From positions 64,001-128,000 of IMG/VR virus record IMGVR_UViG_3300027759_000002: DNA of 64,000 nucleotides, one strand, 5' to 3'. Position numbers and translations under genes: made by a program. Source of the DNA: a virus. The notes below the pieces were generated by a model. The model had not been told where the DNA came from. It worked only from the letters and a program-made list of their open reading frames with translations, and did no database searches. Shown piece after piece: positions 49,261 through 56,835 of this stretch; position 1 is the first letter of the stretch; every line of letters begins with the position of its first letter.

Positions 49261-49922
49261 TGCTTGTTGGGTTACTTGGATTCATTGGTTCAGGTAAAGG
49301 TACTGCTGGCGACATACTTAAAGACCTTGGTTTTACTCCTGTGAGTTTTGCCAAAGGTGTTAAAGATGTTGCCGCAGAAATGTTTGGTTGGCCTCGGCAT
49401 TTGTTAGAGGGTGATACCGAACAGTCTAGACAATGGCGTGAACAACCGGATAAATTTTGGACAACCGAATTTGGCCGTGAATTTACACCAAGACTTGCAT
49501 TACAGTTAATGGGTACAGAAGTTGGTCGTGATGTATTTCACCAAGACTTTTGGGTAATTAAACTCAAAAACTATATGCAGAAAAATCCAGACCAAAACTA
49601 TGTAATAACTGATGTACGTTTTCAAAATGAAATTGATTTCGTACATAAACAAAATGGTATCTTAATTGAGATACAACGTGGTGTTACACCACATTGGTAT
49701 GAAATTGCTTCCAAAGCAAATCGTGGTGACTGGAAAGCGGAAGACTTTATGTTGAAACAATCTGGTGTACATGAATCTGAGTGGCGTTGGATTGGTGGTT
49801 ACATCGACCATCAAATTGACAATACCAAATCCTTAGAAGATTTGAAAGTTAATATGATTAAATGCTTGACAACCTCTTACGGACCAAGTATAATGAGTGA
49901 ATTGAAACAAGGAGTATCGTAA
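49260..49922 (+). CDS. gp1: Deoxynucleoside monophosphate kinase gp1
   Basis: GFIGSGKGT, SFAKGVKD, TPRLALQLMGTEVGRD, VITDVRFQNE, HESE. Confidence 0.9.
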   Translation: MLVGLLGFIGSGKGTAGDILKDLGFTPVSFAKGVKDVAAEMFGWPRHLLEGDTEQSRQWREQPDKFWTTEFGREFTPRLALQLMGTEVGRDVFHQDFWVIKLKNYMQKNPDQNYVITDVRFQNEIDFVHKQNGILIEIQRGVTPHWYEIASKANRGDWKAEDFMLKQSGVHESEWRWIGGYIDHQIDNTKSLEDLKVNMIKCLTTSYGPSIMSELKQGVS

Positions 49923-50599
49923 TGAAATTATCTAATGAGACCTTAACGGTTCTTAAAAACTTTGCCAACATTAATCCTGGCATTGAGTTTAAGACAGGTA
50001 AGAAATTGACAACCATTTCCGCAACAAAGACTGTACTGGCCAAGGCCGGAGTTAAAGATGAGTTCCCACAGGACTTCTGTATCTATGATTTGAACCAGTT
50101 CCTATCTGTACAATCATTGTACAAAGACGGCGAGATTGATTTTGATGACAAACATGTTATCTTCAAAGTTGGTCGTAAGAAACTAAATTACCGCAAAACT
50201 GCAAAGAGTATGATTGTAACTCCGCCAGATAAAGAATTGACGTTGCCTTCTATTGATGTGTCTTTTACATTGAAAGAAGAAGAACTTGCTTCTATTCTAA
50301 AGACCGCAAGCATCCTACAATCACCTAACATTGCTATCATGTCTGATGGTGAAAAGATTTCTATCACAACCTGTGATGCAAAAGATAATTCTGCACATAC
50401 CGACTCAACAGAAATTGCTGATGGTAATGGTAAGAAGTTTAAGGCTTTGTTTTTGACAGAGAACTTTAAAATGATTTCTGGTTCTTATGAGGTACAAATC
50501 TCATCTAAAGGTTTGTCATACTTTAAAAATACTAAAGAAGATATGGAATACTGGATTGCTATTGAAGCAAAAGAGTCTGACCTATCGTTTGGAGAATAA
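49922..50599 (+). CDS. gp45: Sliding clamp gp45
   Basis: MKLSNETLTVLKNFANIN, FCIYDLNQFLSV, YWIAIE. Confidence 0.94.
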   Translation: MKLSNETLTVLKNFANINPGIEFKTGKKLTTISATKTVLAKAGVKDEFPQDFCIYDLNQFLSVQSLYKDGEIDFDDKHVIFKVGRKKLNYRKTAKSMIVTPPDKELTLPSIDVSFTLKEEELASILKTASILQSPNIAIMSDGEKISITTCDAKDNSAHTDSTEIADGNGKKFKALFLTENFKMISGSYEVQISSKGLSYFKNTKEDMEYWIAIEAKESDLSFGE

Positions 50600-50600
50600 T

Positions 50601-50783
50601 ATGATTTGGGTTACAGACGCAGCCAACGGCAACAAAGTTTCAATTAATGAAAATTATATCGTAGCGGTATATACTATGAATGACGGTGAACTAAAAGGTA
50701 AAACAGGAATCAAACTCACAAACAGTGATATTATTGTTGAAGAAAGTGATTACGATGTTATTGCACTGATTGGATCCAATTAA
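50601..50783 (+). CDS. Small hypothetical protein (weakly FlbD-like)
   Basis: Likely start ATG 50601 after GGAG; MIWVTD..NG.KVSINENYI...VEES. Confidence 0.5.
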   Translation: MIWVTDAANGNKVSINENYIVAVYTMNDGELKGKTGIKLTNSDIIVEESDYDVIALIGSN

Positions 50784-51058
50784 TGACTAAAGTAAATACA
50801 TTGTTTGGTTCTTTTGACGAAGACCAACTTAAAAAACTCAAAGGTTATATTGATGAAGTGGTACTGCATATGCAGAGAAATCAATCCAATAATGAGGCAA
50901 TTAAAGACATTGTGGATATTACCAATGATGAATTGAAAATCCCTAAGAAGATTGTCAAACGTATGGCAAAAACACAATTCAAAAATTCATTTCAAACTGA
51001 AGTGGCAGAATCAAAAGAGTTTGAAGCTCTATTTGAAAGCATGAATGAGGTGAAATGA
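50783..51058 (+). CDS. DsbA/GapR-like dsDNA-binding protein
   Basis: IKDIV...DELKIPKKIVKRMAK..FK.SF..E..E..EFEALFE pattern. Confidence 0.6.
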   Translation: MTKVNTLFGSFDEDQLKKLKGYIDEVVLHMQRNQSNNEAIKDIVDITNDELKIPKKIVKRMAKTQFKNSFQTEVAESKEFEALFESMNEVK

Positions 51059-51255
51059 TGGGTGAAATTAAAACATGGACTGATAAGACTGAATACATTG
51101 CTGTATTGAATAAAGAAATTAGTGTATTGAAATCCAGATTCGATCCAAACCAAGAAGGCACTGGTCATTACAATACAGCAATAAATGTTTTACAAAGTCG
51201 TGTTGAAGAACTTAAAAAAGATTTAAGTTGGCCTTTCCCACATGCAACAGACTGA
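51055..51255 (+). CDS. Hypothetical protein
   Basis: Overlapping start/stop with neighbours. Confidence 0.55.
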   Translation: MMGEIKTWTDKTEYIAVLNKEISVLKSRFDPNQEGTGHYNTAINVLQSRVEELKKDLSWPFPHATD

Positions 51256-51595
51256 AATTCAATTTTTCTTTCCGTTGATGGAGCAAACCAAACTAGATTT
51301 GGATTTTACTCCATGTGAACAATGGATTGCAGAATGGCGAAACAAACAATTGGCCAATAGTATTGTTACTAACGGCCAATATTTTTCTCCACTTCTTATT
51401 TCTAGTGGTGGTAATGGTTGTTCAATCACATCATCACCAGTAATGAGTTCCTTTGTTATAAAACCTTCTGTGAAAAATGTTGGTAAATGGGAAATCACAG
51501 ACTCTATGTTTGTTTATAGACCCACTAAACCAAATGCCGTCATCAGATTTATGGCCAAGTATCTTCTTGGCTTTAAATGGCACGATGAAATTTAA
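51242..51595 (+). CDS. Hypothetical protein
   Basis: Fills the gap before gp44; start uncertain. Confidence 0.5.
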   Translation: MQQTEIQFFFPLMEQTKLDLDFTPCEQWIAEWRNKQLANSIVTNGQYFSPLLISSGGNGCSITSSPVMSSFVIKPSVKNVGKWEITDSMFVYRPTKPNAVIRFMAKYLLGFKWHDEI

Positions 51596-51615
51596 TTATA
51601 TTATGGAGTATTTGA

Positions 51616-52548
51616 ATGTCACACATTTTATGGGTCGAGAAATATCGTCCTAAGACCATTGAAGAATGTATTCTTCCTGATGGCATCAAGGCCACATTTC
51701 AGGAGTATGTGAACCGCAAAGAGATTCCCAATCTCTTGTTGGCTGGTTCTGCTGGTGTTGGTAAAACCACAATTGCAAAGGCTCTCTGTGAAGAAGTCGG
51801 TTGTGATTACATTATGATTAACGGTTCAGATGAATCAGGTATTGATGTTCTACGGAACAAAATCAAGAACTATGCATCATCTATGTCCTTGTCAGGCGGC
51901 CGCAAGGTTGTCATCATTGACGAAGCAGACTATCTAAATCCAAATTCAACTCAACCTGCGCTGCGTGGTGCTATCGAGGAGTTCTCATCCAACTGTTCAT
52001 TCATCTTCACATGTAACTTTAAGAACAGAATCATTGACCCGATTCATTCACGTTGTACCGTTATTGACTTTAAAATCAATGGTAGTAAACAGAAGATGGC
52101 TGCAGGATTCTTTAAACGTGTTGAATGGATTTTAGAACAAGAAGGTGTTACATACGATAAGCAAGTGGTCGCTGCCGTTATCACCAAACATTTCCCTGAT
52201 AACCGCCGTGTTTTGAACGAACTACAACGTTATAGTGTTAGTGGTACAATCGACAAAGGCATCTTGGCCTCGGTTTCTGATGTACAGATGAGTGAACTGG
52301 TGTCTTCTATTATGAACAAGGACTTCGCTTCTTGTCGAAAATGGACTACAAACAACCTCGACAACGATATCACCAGAATCTTTAGAAACATCTATGATTC
52401 ATTGTATGAGAAGTTGAAACCCAACTCTGTACCACAAATGGTACTAATTTTGGCTAAGTATCAATATCAGTCAGCCTTTGTTGCAGACCACGAAATCAAT
52501 TTGATTGCTTGCCTTACAGAACTGATGGTTGAATGTGAATTCAAATGA
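51616..52548 (+). CDS. gp44: Clamp loader large subunit gp44
   Basis: WVEKYRPKTI, GSAGVGKTT, IIDEADYL, IHSRC. Confidence 0.96.
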   Translation: MSHILWVEKYRPKTIEECILPDGIKATFQEYVNRKEIPNLLLAGSAGVGKTTIAKALCEEVGCDYIMINGSDESGIDVLRNKIKNYASSMSLSGGRKVVIIDEADYLNPNSTQPALRGAIEEFSSNCSFIFTCNFKNRIIDPIHSRCTVIDFKINGSKQKMAAGFFKRVEWILEQEGVTYDKQVVAAVITKHFPDNRRVLNELQRYSVSGTIDKGILASVSDVQMSELVSSIMNKDFASCRKWTTNNLDNDITRIFRNIYDSLYEKLKPNSVPQMVLILAKYQYQSAFVADHEINLIACLTELMVECEFK

Positions 52549-52934
52549 GTCCGTTCGACTATGCCGATTACATCCTGAGAAAGAAGGTGCCGGATGGTGA
52601 ATTGGACTACAAAGATTATGCACCTTTCCTAATCAATAGGTCTCTCTCCAACCACTTAGATTGTGTCTTGTATGTCAATGACATGAACTTGTGGCCAGGT
52701 ATTGATAAAGACATGCAATACCAGTATCTTCTAAATAGTATCAGGCCTATGAAACGTAAATTCGTTCCGTGGCAGAAGGCCGATTCTGATAAGGATATTG
52801 AGTGTGTGAAGACCTATTTTGGTTACTCTAATGCCAAGGCCAAAGAGGCCCTACGTATTCTTACTGATGAACAAATCGCTGATATAAAAACAAAAATAGA
52901 TACAGGCGGAGTGAAGAATAATGATAGACATTAA
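52545..52934 (+). CDS. gp62: Clamp loader small subunit gp62
   Basis: YAPFLINRSLS, MQYQYLLNSIRPMKR, YFGYSNAKAKEAL. Confidence 0.92.
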   Translation: MSPFDYADYILRKKVPDGELDYKDYAPFLINRSLSNHLDCVLYVNDMNLWPGIDKDMQYQYLLNSIRPMKRKFVPWQKADSDKDIECVKTYFGYSNAKAKEALRILTDEQIADIKTKIDTGGVKNNDRH

Positions 52935-53328
52935 AGACCTAGTTGAAGTGACATTGGATGACAAAGATGATTTTTTAAAGGTACGTGAGACACTGACCCG
53001 TATTGGTGTCGCCTCCAAGAAAGACCAAACATTATACCAATCTTGCCACATACTCCACAAACGTGGTCAATACTACGTGGTACATTTCAAAGAACTATTT
53101 GCCTTAGATGGCAAAACAACAGACATTACCGAAAACGACCTATCTCGTAGGAATGCCATTGCAAACCTATTGGAAGATTGGGGCTTGGTAAAGTTAGTCA
53201 ATAAAAAACAAACCGAGGTGCCACCACCTATTTTCTTGTCACAGATTAAAATATTGTCACACAAGGAAAAGAGCGACTGGCAACTTACACCAAAATATAA
53301 TATTGGTAAGAAACCAAATAGTGGTTGA
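52921..53328 (+). CDS. regA: Translational repressor RegA
   Basis: DDFLKVRETLTRIGVAS, LYQSCHILHKRGQYYVVHFKELFALDGK. Confidence 0.96.
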   Translation: MIDIKDLVEVTLDDKDDFLKVRETLTRIGVASKKDQTLYQSCHILHKRGQYYVVHFKELFALDGKTTDITENDLSRRNAIANLLEDWGLVKLVNKKQTEVPPPIFLSQIKILSHKEKSDWQLTPKYNIGKKPNSG

Positions 53329-53353
53329 CAACTGATATAAATATTGTTATAAT
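53325..53353 (+). promoter_or_regulatory. Overlapping sigma70 promoter and T4 late promoter
   Basis: TTGACA(53325)-17-TATAAT(53348); TATAAATA at 53336 inside the spacer. Confidence 0.75.
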
Positions 53354-53553
53354 AGTCCCATCGGGATGGGAAAAGTCAAAGGTGGAACCTGGTCCTACCG
53401 AGACTTAATACTCCAGGAAAAAGGTGCTCCACCTACCTTAGGAGCGTTAGTAAAACGGGCAGACGTAATTGCCGCTGGATAACGTAACCAGTACCTTAAG
53501 CGATACGCCTTCGGGGTATCAATTTTTAATCTCGCTTTCAGGAGAAACTTATG
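53354..53553 (+). promoter_or_regulatory. Structured 5' leader of hsp20 ending in a ROSE-like RNA thermometer
   Basis: Multiple hairpins; last hairpin UCUC(G)CU-UUC-AGGAGA pairs the SD with a bulged G (U-C-G-C-U motif). Confidence 0.6.
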
Positions 53554-53994
53554 ACTAATCTTAAAGATTATTTCGGTGTCGATTTCGGCAAAATTCAACC
53601 ATTCACCGTGGGATTTGATGACACAATGTCAATCATGCGTGAAGCTGCAGCGGCTGCATCTAAAGCCGTATCTTATCCTCCATACAACATCAAACAGGTA
53701 ACTGCAAACAAGTACGTCATTGAAATGGCTGTTGCTGGTTTCGCAAAGTCTGATATTGAGATGACTTTGGAAGGAAACAAACTTGTAATTAAAGCTGCAT
53801 CTAAAGACGCAGAGGAAGAAGAATATTTGTACAAAGGCATTGCCAACCGTGCATTTGAACGTACCTTCACTCTCGCAGACAAAGTTGAAATCAAAGATGC
53901 AGAGTTGATGAATGGTATGTTGAAGATTTGGCTAGAAAACATGGTCAAAGCACAAGATGCTATTAAGAAAATTTCAATCAAGGCCAAAGAATGA
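53551..53994 (+). CDS. hsp20: Small heat shock protein (IbpA-like Hsp20)
   Basis: YPPYNI, IEMAVAGF, YLYKGIANRAFERTFTL, AELMNGMLKI. Confidence 0.95.
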   Translation: MTNLKDYFGVDFGKIQPFTVGFDDTMSIMREAAAAASKAVSYPPYNIKQVTANKYVIEMAVAGFAKSDIEMTLEGNKLVIKAASKDAEEEEYLYKGIANRAFERTFTLADKVEIKDAELMNGMLKIWLENMVKAQDAIKKISIKAKE

Positions 53995-54074
53995 AAAAAT
54001 TTCTACAAAGTATACTTGAAGCCATACAGGCCATCAAAGAACACAGGTCAGACCATACCTTAAAAGGTAGATAA
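53991..54074 (+). CDS. Possible 27-aa peptide coupled to hsp20
   Basis: ATGA overlap with the hsp20 stop; MKKFLQSILEAIQAIKEHRSDHTLKGR. Confidence 0.3.
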   Translation: MKKFLQSILEAIQAIKEHRSDHTLKGR

Positions 54075-54078
54075 TCAT

Positions 54079-54115
54079 AAAGGGTCTTGACAGACCCTTT
54101 TTTTTGTGTTATAAT
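54079..54115 (+). terminator. Terminator with an embedded sigma70 promoter
   Basis: AAAGGGTC-TTGACA-GACCCTTTTTTTT; loop TTGACA is 17 nt from TATAAT at 54110. Confidence 0.75.
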
Positions 54116-54124
54116 ATAGACATT

Positions 54125-54307
54125 ATGAAAACTGAAAAACAATACATCAAAAAAGTTCGTGTTAAAACCACGTTGGAGAATTACTACGTTTGTTCACCAG
54201 AGACTAAAGAGATTGATGGTGTTCAATTTGTTTATGTAATTAAGAACATTGGTATTAGGGAAACACCTAAATTAATGCGAAAAGAATCATTAGAATATAT
54301 CAGATAA
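54125..54307 (+). CDS. Hypothetical protein
   Basis: Likely start ATG 54125 just downstream of the promoter. Confidence 0.5.
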   Translation: MKTEKQYIKKVRVKTTLENYYVCSPETKEIDGVQFVYVIKNIGIRETPKLMRKESLEYIR

Positions 54308-54382
54308 GGGCTGATAGCTTAATGGTAAAGCAGTGAACTCATAATTCATTGAGTCTAGGTTCAATTCCTAGTCAGCCCACCA
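54308..54382 (+). tRNA. tRNA with CAT anticodon (Met or lysidine-Ile2)
   Basis: GGGCTGA/TCAGCCC acceptor, loop CTCATAA, encoded CCA. Confidence 0.9.
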
Positions 54383-54395
54383 ATTTTAAAAAAAT

Positions 54396-54911
54396 ATGAA
54401 AACAAAATTTCGTAATGCATATATGAAAGTGGCCGAGACATTTGCACAATTGTCCTCGGCTCGCAGACTTCATGTTGGTGCTATTGTAGTCAAAGATGAT
54501 AGAATCATTTCAATTGGTTACAATGGTATGCCTTCAGGTTGGGATAATGATTGTGAAGATAAAGAATACATGAGTGTTGATGCTGGCGGTTGGTTGGATT
54601 TGAATGAGATTGAAGAACGCTGGCCAAACAAAGAACAGATGCTTCCAAAGGAAGACAATCGTTGGAGAAGATATGCACTCAAAACTAAACCAGAGGTTTT
54701 ACATGCTGAAACTAATGCGATTGCAAAACTTGCTAAGTCTACCGAATCTGGTATGGGTGCTACTATGTTTGTTACCCACGCTCCATGTTTGGACTGTGCC
54801 AAACTTATCTACCAAAGTGGTATTAGCAGTGTTCTATATCGGAACTCTTATCGGAGTGATGATGGTATCGAATTCCTACAAAAAGCATCAGTCTGGGTAG
54901 AAAAAATCTAA
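54396..54911 (+). CDS. cd: dCMP deaminase
   Basis: VGAIVVKDDRIISIGYNGMPSG, LHAETNAI, THAPCLDCAK. Confidence 0.93.
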   Translation: MKTKFRNAYMKVAETFAQLSSARRLHVGAIVVKDDRIISIGYNGMPSGWDNDCEDKEYMSVDAGGWLDLNEIEERWPNKEQMLPKEDNRWRRYALKTKPEVLHAETNAIAKLAKSTESGMGATMFVTHAPCLDCAKLIYQSGISSVLYRNSYRSDDGIEFLQKASVWVEKI

Positions 54912-54955
54912 TTCTCCTAAATAACTTGGGGTAATTGTGCCCTTAGGAGACCAGG

Positions 54956-55462
54956 ATGATTATTCGTGTGGTTAACTGTCCAGACAAAGATTTTAAGCCC
55001 TTTGTTGAAAGAGCTGCCCAATTCTTCGCTAAAGAATTAATACCTAATACACGAATAAGAAATAATTGTATAACAGAAATTAAATTTTGTACCAAAATAA
55101 CTGAATATGGTTTTGCTAGTATTGAAGATTATAATACAAGAAAACTACCTAGAGAATTCCTAATAGAAATAAATCCAAATATCGGATCCAGAAGAATACT
55201 GGAAACCTTGGCGCATGAAATGGTTCATGTGAAACAATATATTGATGGTGAAACGAATGATGAGTTGACCAGATGGCGAGGTAAGAAGGTTGATCCAGAT
55301 AAGATTGATTATTGGATTCAGCCATGGGAGATAGATGCTTACGGCCGTGAACCTGGACTTATTACAAAGTTTGCTGTATCAGAAAATCTATGGGAAATAC
55401 TTGATGATTTTGTTGATCCATCTGGTCCAATAAATTATAACCCGATTGCCTGGAAAAAATAA
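54956..55462 (+). CDS. Zincin-like metallopeptidase
   Basis: TLAHEMVHVKQY (HEXXH), PWEIDAY. Confidence 0.75.
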   Translation: MIIRVVNCPDKDFKPFVERAAQFFAKELIPNTRIRNNCITEIKFCTKITEYGFASIEDYNTRKLPREFLIEINPNIGSRRILETLAHEMVHVKQYIDGETNDELTRWRGKKVDPDKIDYWIQPWEIDAYGREPGLITKFAVSENLWEILDDFVDPSGPINYNPIAWKK

Positions 55463-55465
55463 AAT

Positions 55466-55999
55466 ATGTCACATCCAACTCAACAAGAGTTTGTAAAAAA
55501 GTTATCATCGGATTTTCCACAAAACTTCAATAACATAAAGATGTTGGAAGTTGGTAGTTTAAATATCAACGGTACCATGAAGATACATTTTAATGAATGT
55601 GAGTATGTTGGTGTTGACGTTGATGCAGGAAAAGATGTTGACTTGGTTTGTGAAGGCCAGCTTGTCGACCATGCAGATGGCACATACGACACCACAGGTT
55701 CTTGTAATTGTTTCGAACACAATCCACATTGGATAGAAACATTTCAAAACATGTATCGTATGACCAAAAAAGATGGATTAGTTTTTATCGTAGTACCAAC
55801 AACAGGTTATCCTGAACATGGTACATCTAATAAAGCACCAAATGATAGTCCTTTAACCATTGCAAAAGGTTGGGAATATTACAGTAATCTTACAGAAGAA
55901 GATTTTTGTAAAAACTTTGATATGGATAGTATGTTTCATACTTACAAGTTTGAAACAAATAATACTCCCGAATTATTTTTTTACGGATTTAAAAAATAA
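55466..55999 (+). CDS. Class I SAM-dependent methyltransferase
   Basis: MLEVGSLNING, YVGVDV..GKDVD, CFEHNPHW, MYRMTKKDG. Confidence 0.8.
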   Translation: MSHPTQQEFVKKLSSDFPQNFNNIKMLEVGSLNINGTMKIHFNECEYVGVDVDAGKDVDLVCEGQLVDHADGTYDTTGSCNCFEHNPHWIETFQNMYRMTKKDGLVFIVVPTTGYPEHGTSNKAPNDSPLTIAKGWEYYSNLTEEDFCKNFDMDSMFHTYKFETNNTPELFFYGFKK

Positions 56000-56012
56000 T
56001 TTTAAAAACCGC

Positions 56013-56041
56013 TTGCCAAGACATAAAAGTTCCTATATAAT
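56013..56041 (+). promoter_or_regulatory. Sigma70-type promoter of the leader ORF
   Basis: TTGCCA-17-TATAAT; predicted +1 coincides with the ATG at 56048. Confidence 0.75.
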
Positions 56042-56047
56042 AACACT

Positions 56048-56158
56048 ATGAAAAATTTTAAACATAAACCCTTTACGTTACAGTCCGAGTATCGCACAAT
56101 TAATTGTGGTGATAGCTCATGGGCGCCGACTGGGTTTTGTGTAAAGAGAGAGAACTAA
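56048..56158 (+). CDS. Putative leaderless attenuator leader peptide (36 aa, all 20 amino acids)
   Basis: MKNFKHKPFTLQSEYRTINCGDSSWAPTGFCVKREN*, translated by hand. Confidence 0.6.
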   Translation: MKNFKHKPFTLQSEYRTINCGDSSWAPTGFCVKREN

Positions 56159-56190
56159 TACATAAGTTCTAAAAAAGACTTCAAACACAA

Positions 56191-56221
56191 GACCCTAGAC
56201 CTAAAAAATCTAGGGTTTTTT
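56191..56221 (+). terminator. Intrinsic terminator (attenuator 3:4 hairpin)
   Basis: GACCCTAGA-loop-TCTAGGGTT followed by T run. Confidence 0.8.
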
Positions 56222-56225
56222 GTTT

Positions 56226-56296
56226 GTTGTTTCAATACAACACAGTGGTTGCCAGGTCATCGAATCTGGTATACAATACACACTGTTCTTTAAAAA
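56226..56296 (+). promoter_or_regulatory. tRNA-array promoter 1 with upstream palindrome and boxA-like site
   Basis: GTTGT-N6-ACAAC, TTGCCA-17-TACAAT, TGTTCTTTAAAAA at 56284. Confidence 0.7.
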
Positions 56297-56311
56297 TTTG
56301 TCGTAGTTTAT

Positions 56312-56385
56312 TGGGGTATAGCATAGTGGTAGTGCTGCGGACTTTGAATCCGTAGGTCCTTGTTCGATTCAAGGTACCCCAGCCA
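56312..56385 (+). tRNA. tRNA-Gln(TTG)
   Basis: Cloverleaf, loop CTTTGAA, CCA. Confidence 0.92.
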
Positions 56386-56455
56386 TATAAAAACACATTA
56401 GAGATAAGCAGGAACTGGTTCGAAACGGGTCGCCTCGTTTAGTGTGTTTCTATAT
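56385..56455 (+). ncRNA. Structured spacer element copy 1
   Basis: ATATAAAAACAC...GTGTTTCTATAT closing stem. Confidence 0.5.
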
Positions 56456-56547
56456 GGAAGATGATGCAGCGGGGTTGGTCCTGCGACTGGCCTTGAAAAC
56501 CAGGTTCTCAGAAATGGGATGGGGTTCGACTCCTCCGTCTTCCGCCA
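56456..56547 (+). tRNA. tRNA-Ser(TGA) with 8/4 acceptor/T-stem fold
   Basis: GGAAGATG/CGTCTTCC 8 bp, 4-bp T stem, long variable arm, G73. Confidence 0.85.
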
Positions 56548-56552
56548 AACAT

Positions 56553-56640
56553 AGAAGGTTGCCCGAGCGGTTAAGGGAGCAGTTTGCTAAACTGTCGTTG
56601 CGAAAGCGGCGCATCGGTTCGAATCCGATACCTTCTGCCA
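56553..56640 (+). tRNA. tRNA-Ser(GCT)
   Basis: Loop TTGCTAA, long variable arm, GCCA. Confidence 0.93.
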
Positions 56641-56646
56641 AAACAT

Positions 56647-56722
56647 GTAGGTGTGACCCGAAAGGCTAGGGAGCAGATTGCAAATCTGTTACATGCAGGT
56701 TCGATTCCTGTCACCTACTCCA
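56647..56722 (+). tRNA. tRNA-Cys(GCA)
   Basis: Loop TTGCAAA, U73 discriminator. Confidence 0.92.
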
Positions 56723-56727
56723 AACAT

Positions 56728-56820
56728 GTTGTAGGAATACAACAGTCTGGTTGACAATGATTCATGGTTGTGTTATACTTCATCTATGAATTGAGAAATC
56801 AATCAAACGTTCTTTAAAAA
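56728..56820 (+). promoter_or_regulatory. tRNA-array promoter 2 with upstream palindrome and boxA-like site
   Basis: GTTGT-N6-ACAAC, TTGACA-17-TATACT, CGTTCTTTAAAAA at 56808. Confidence 0.75.
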
Positions 56821-56835
56821 TTTGTTGTAGTTAAT

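Noticed and set aside
23265-53328. Alternate-frame ORFs overlapping core genes (e.g. 28272-28712, 37518-37802, 46093-46503)
   Set aside because: Fully overlap well-conserved T4 core genes; expected by chance
56456-56547. Selenocysteine tRNA or stop-codon suppressor/recoding
   Set aside because: Anticodon is TGA (reads UCA Ser), not TCA; no CTA/TTA/TCA anticodons found, and core genes read through intact with standard stops
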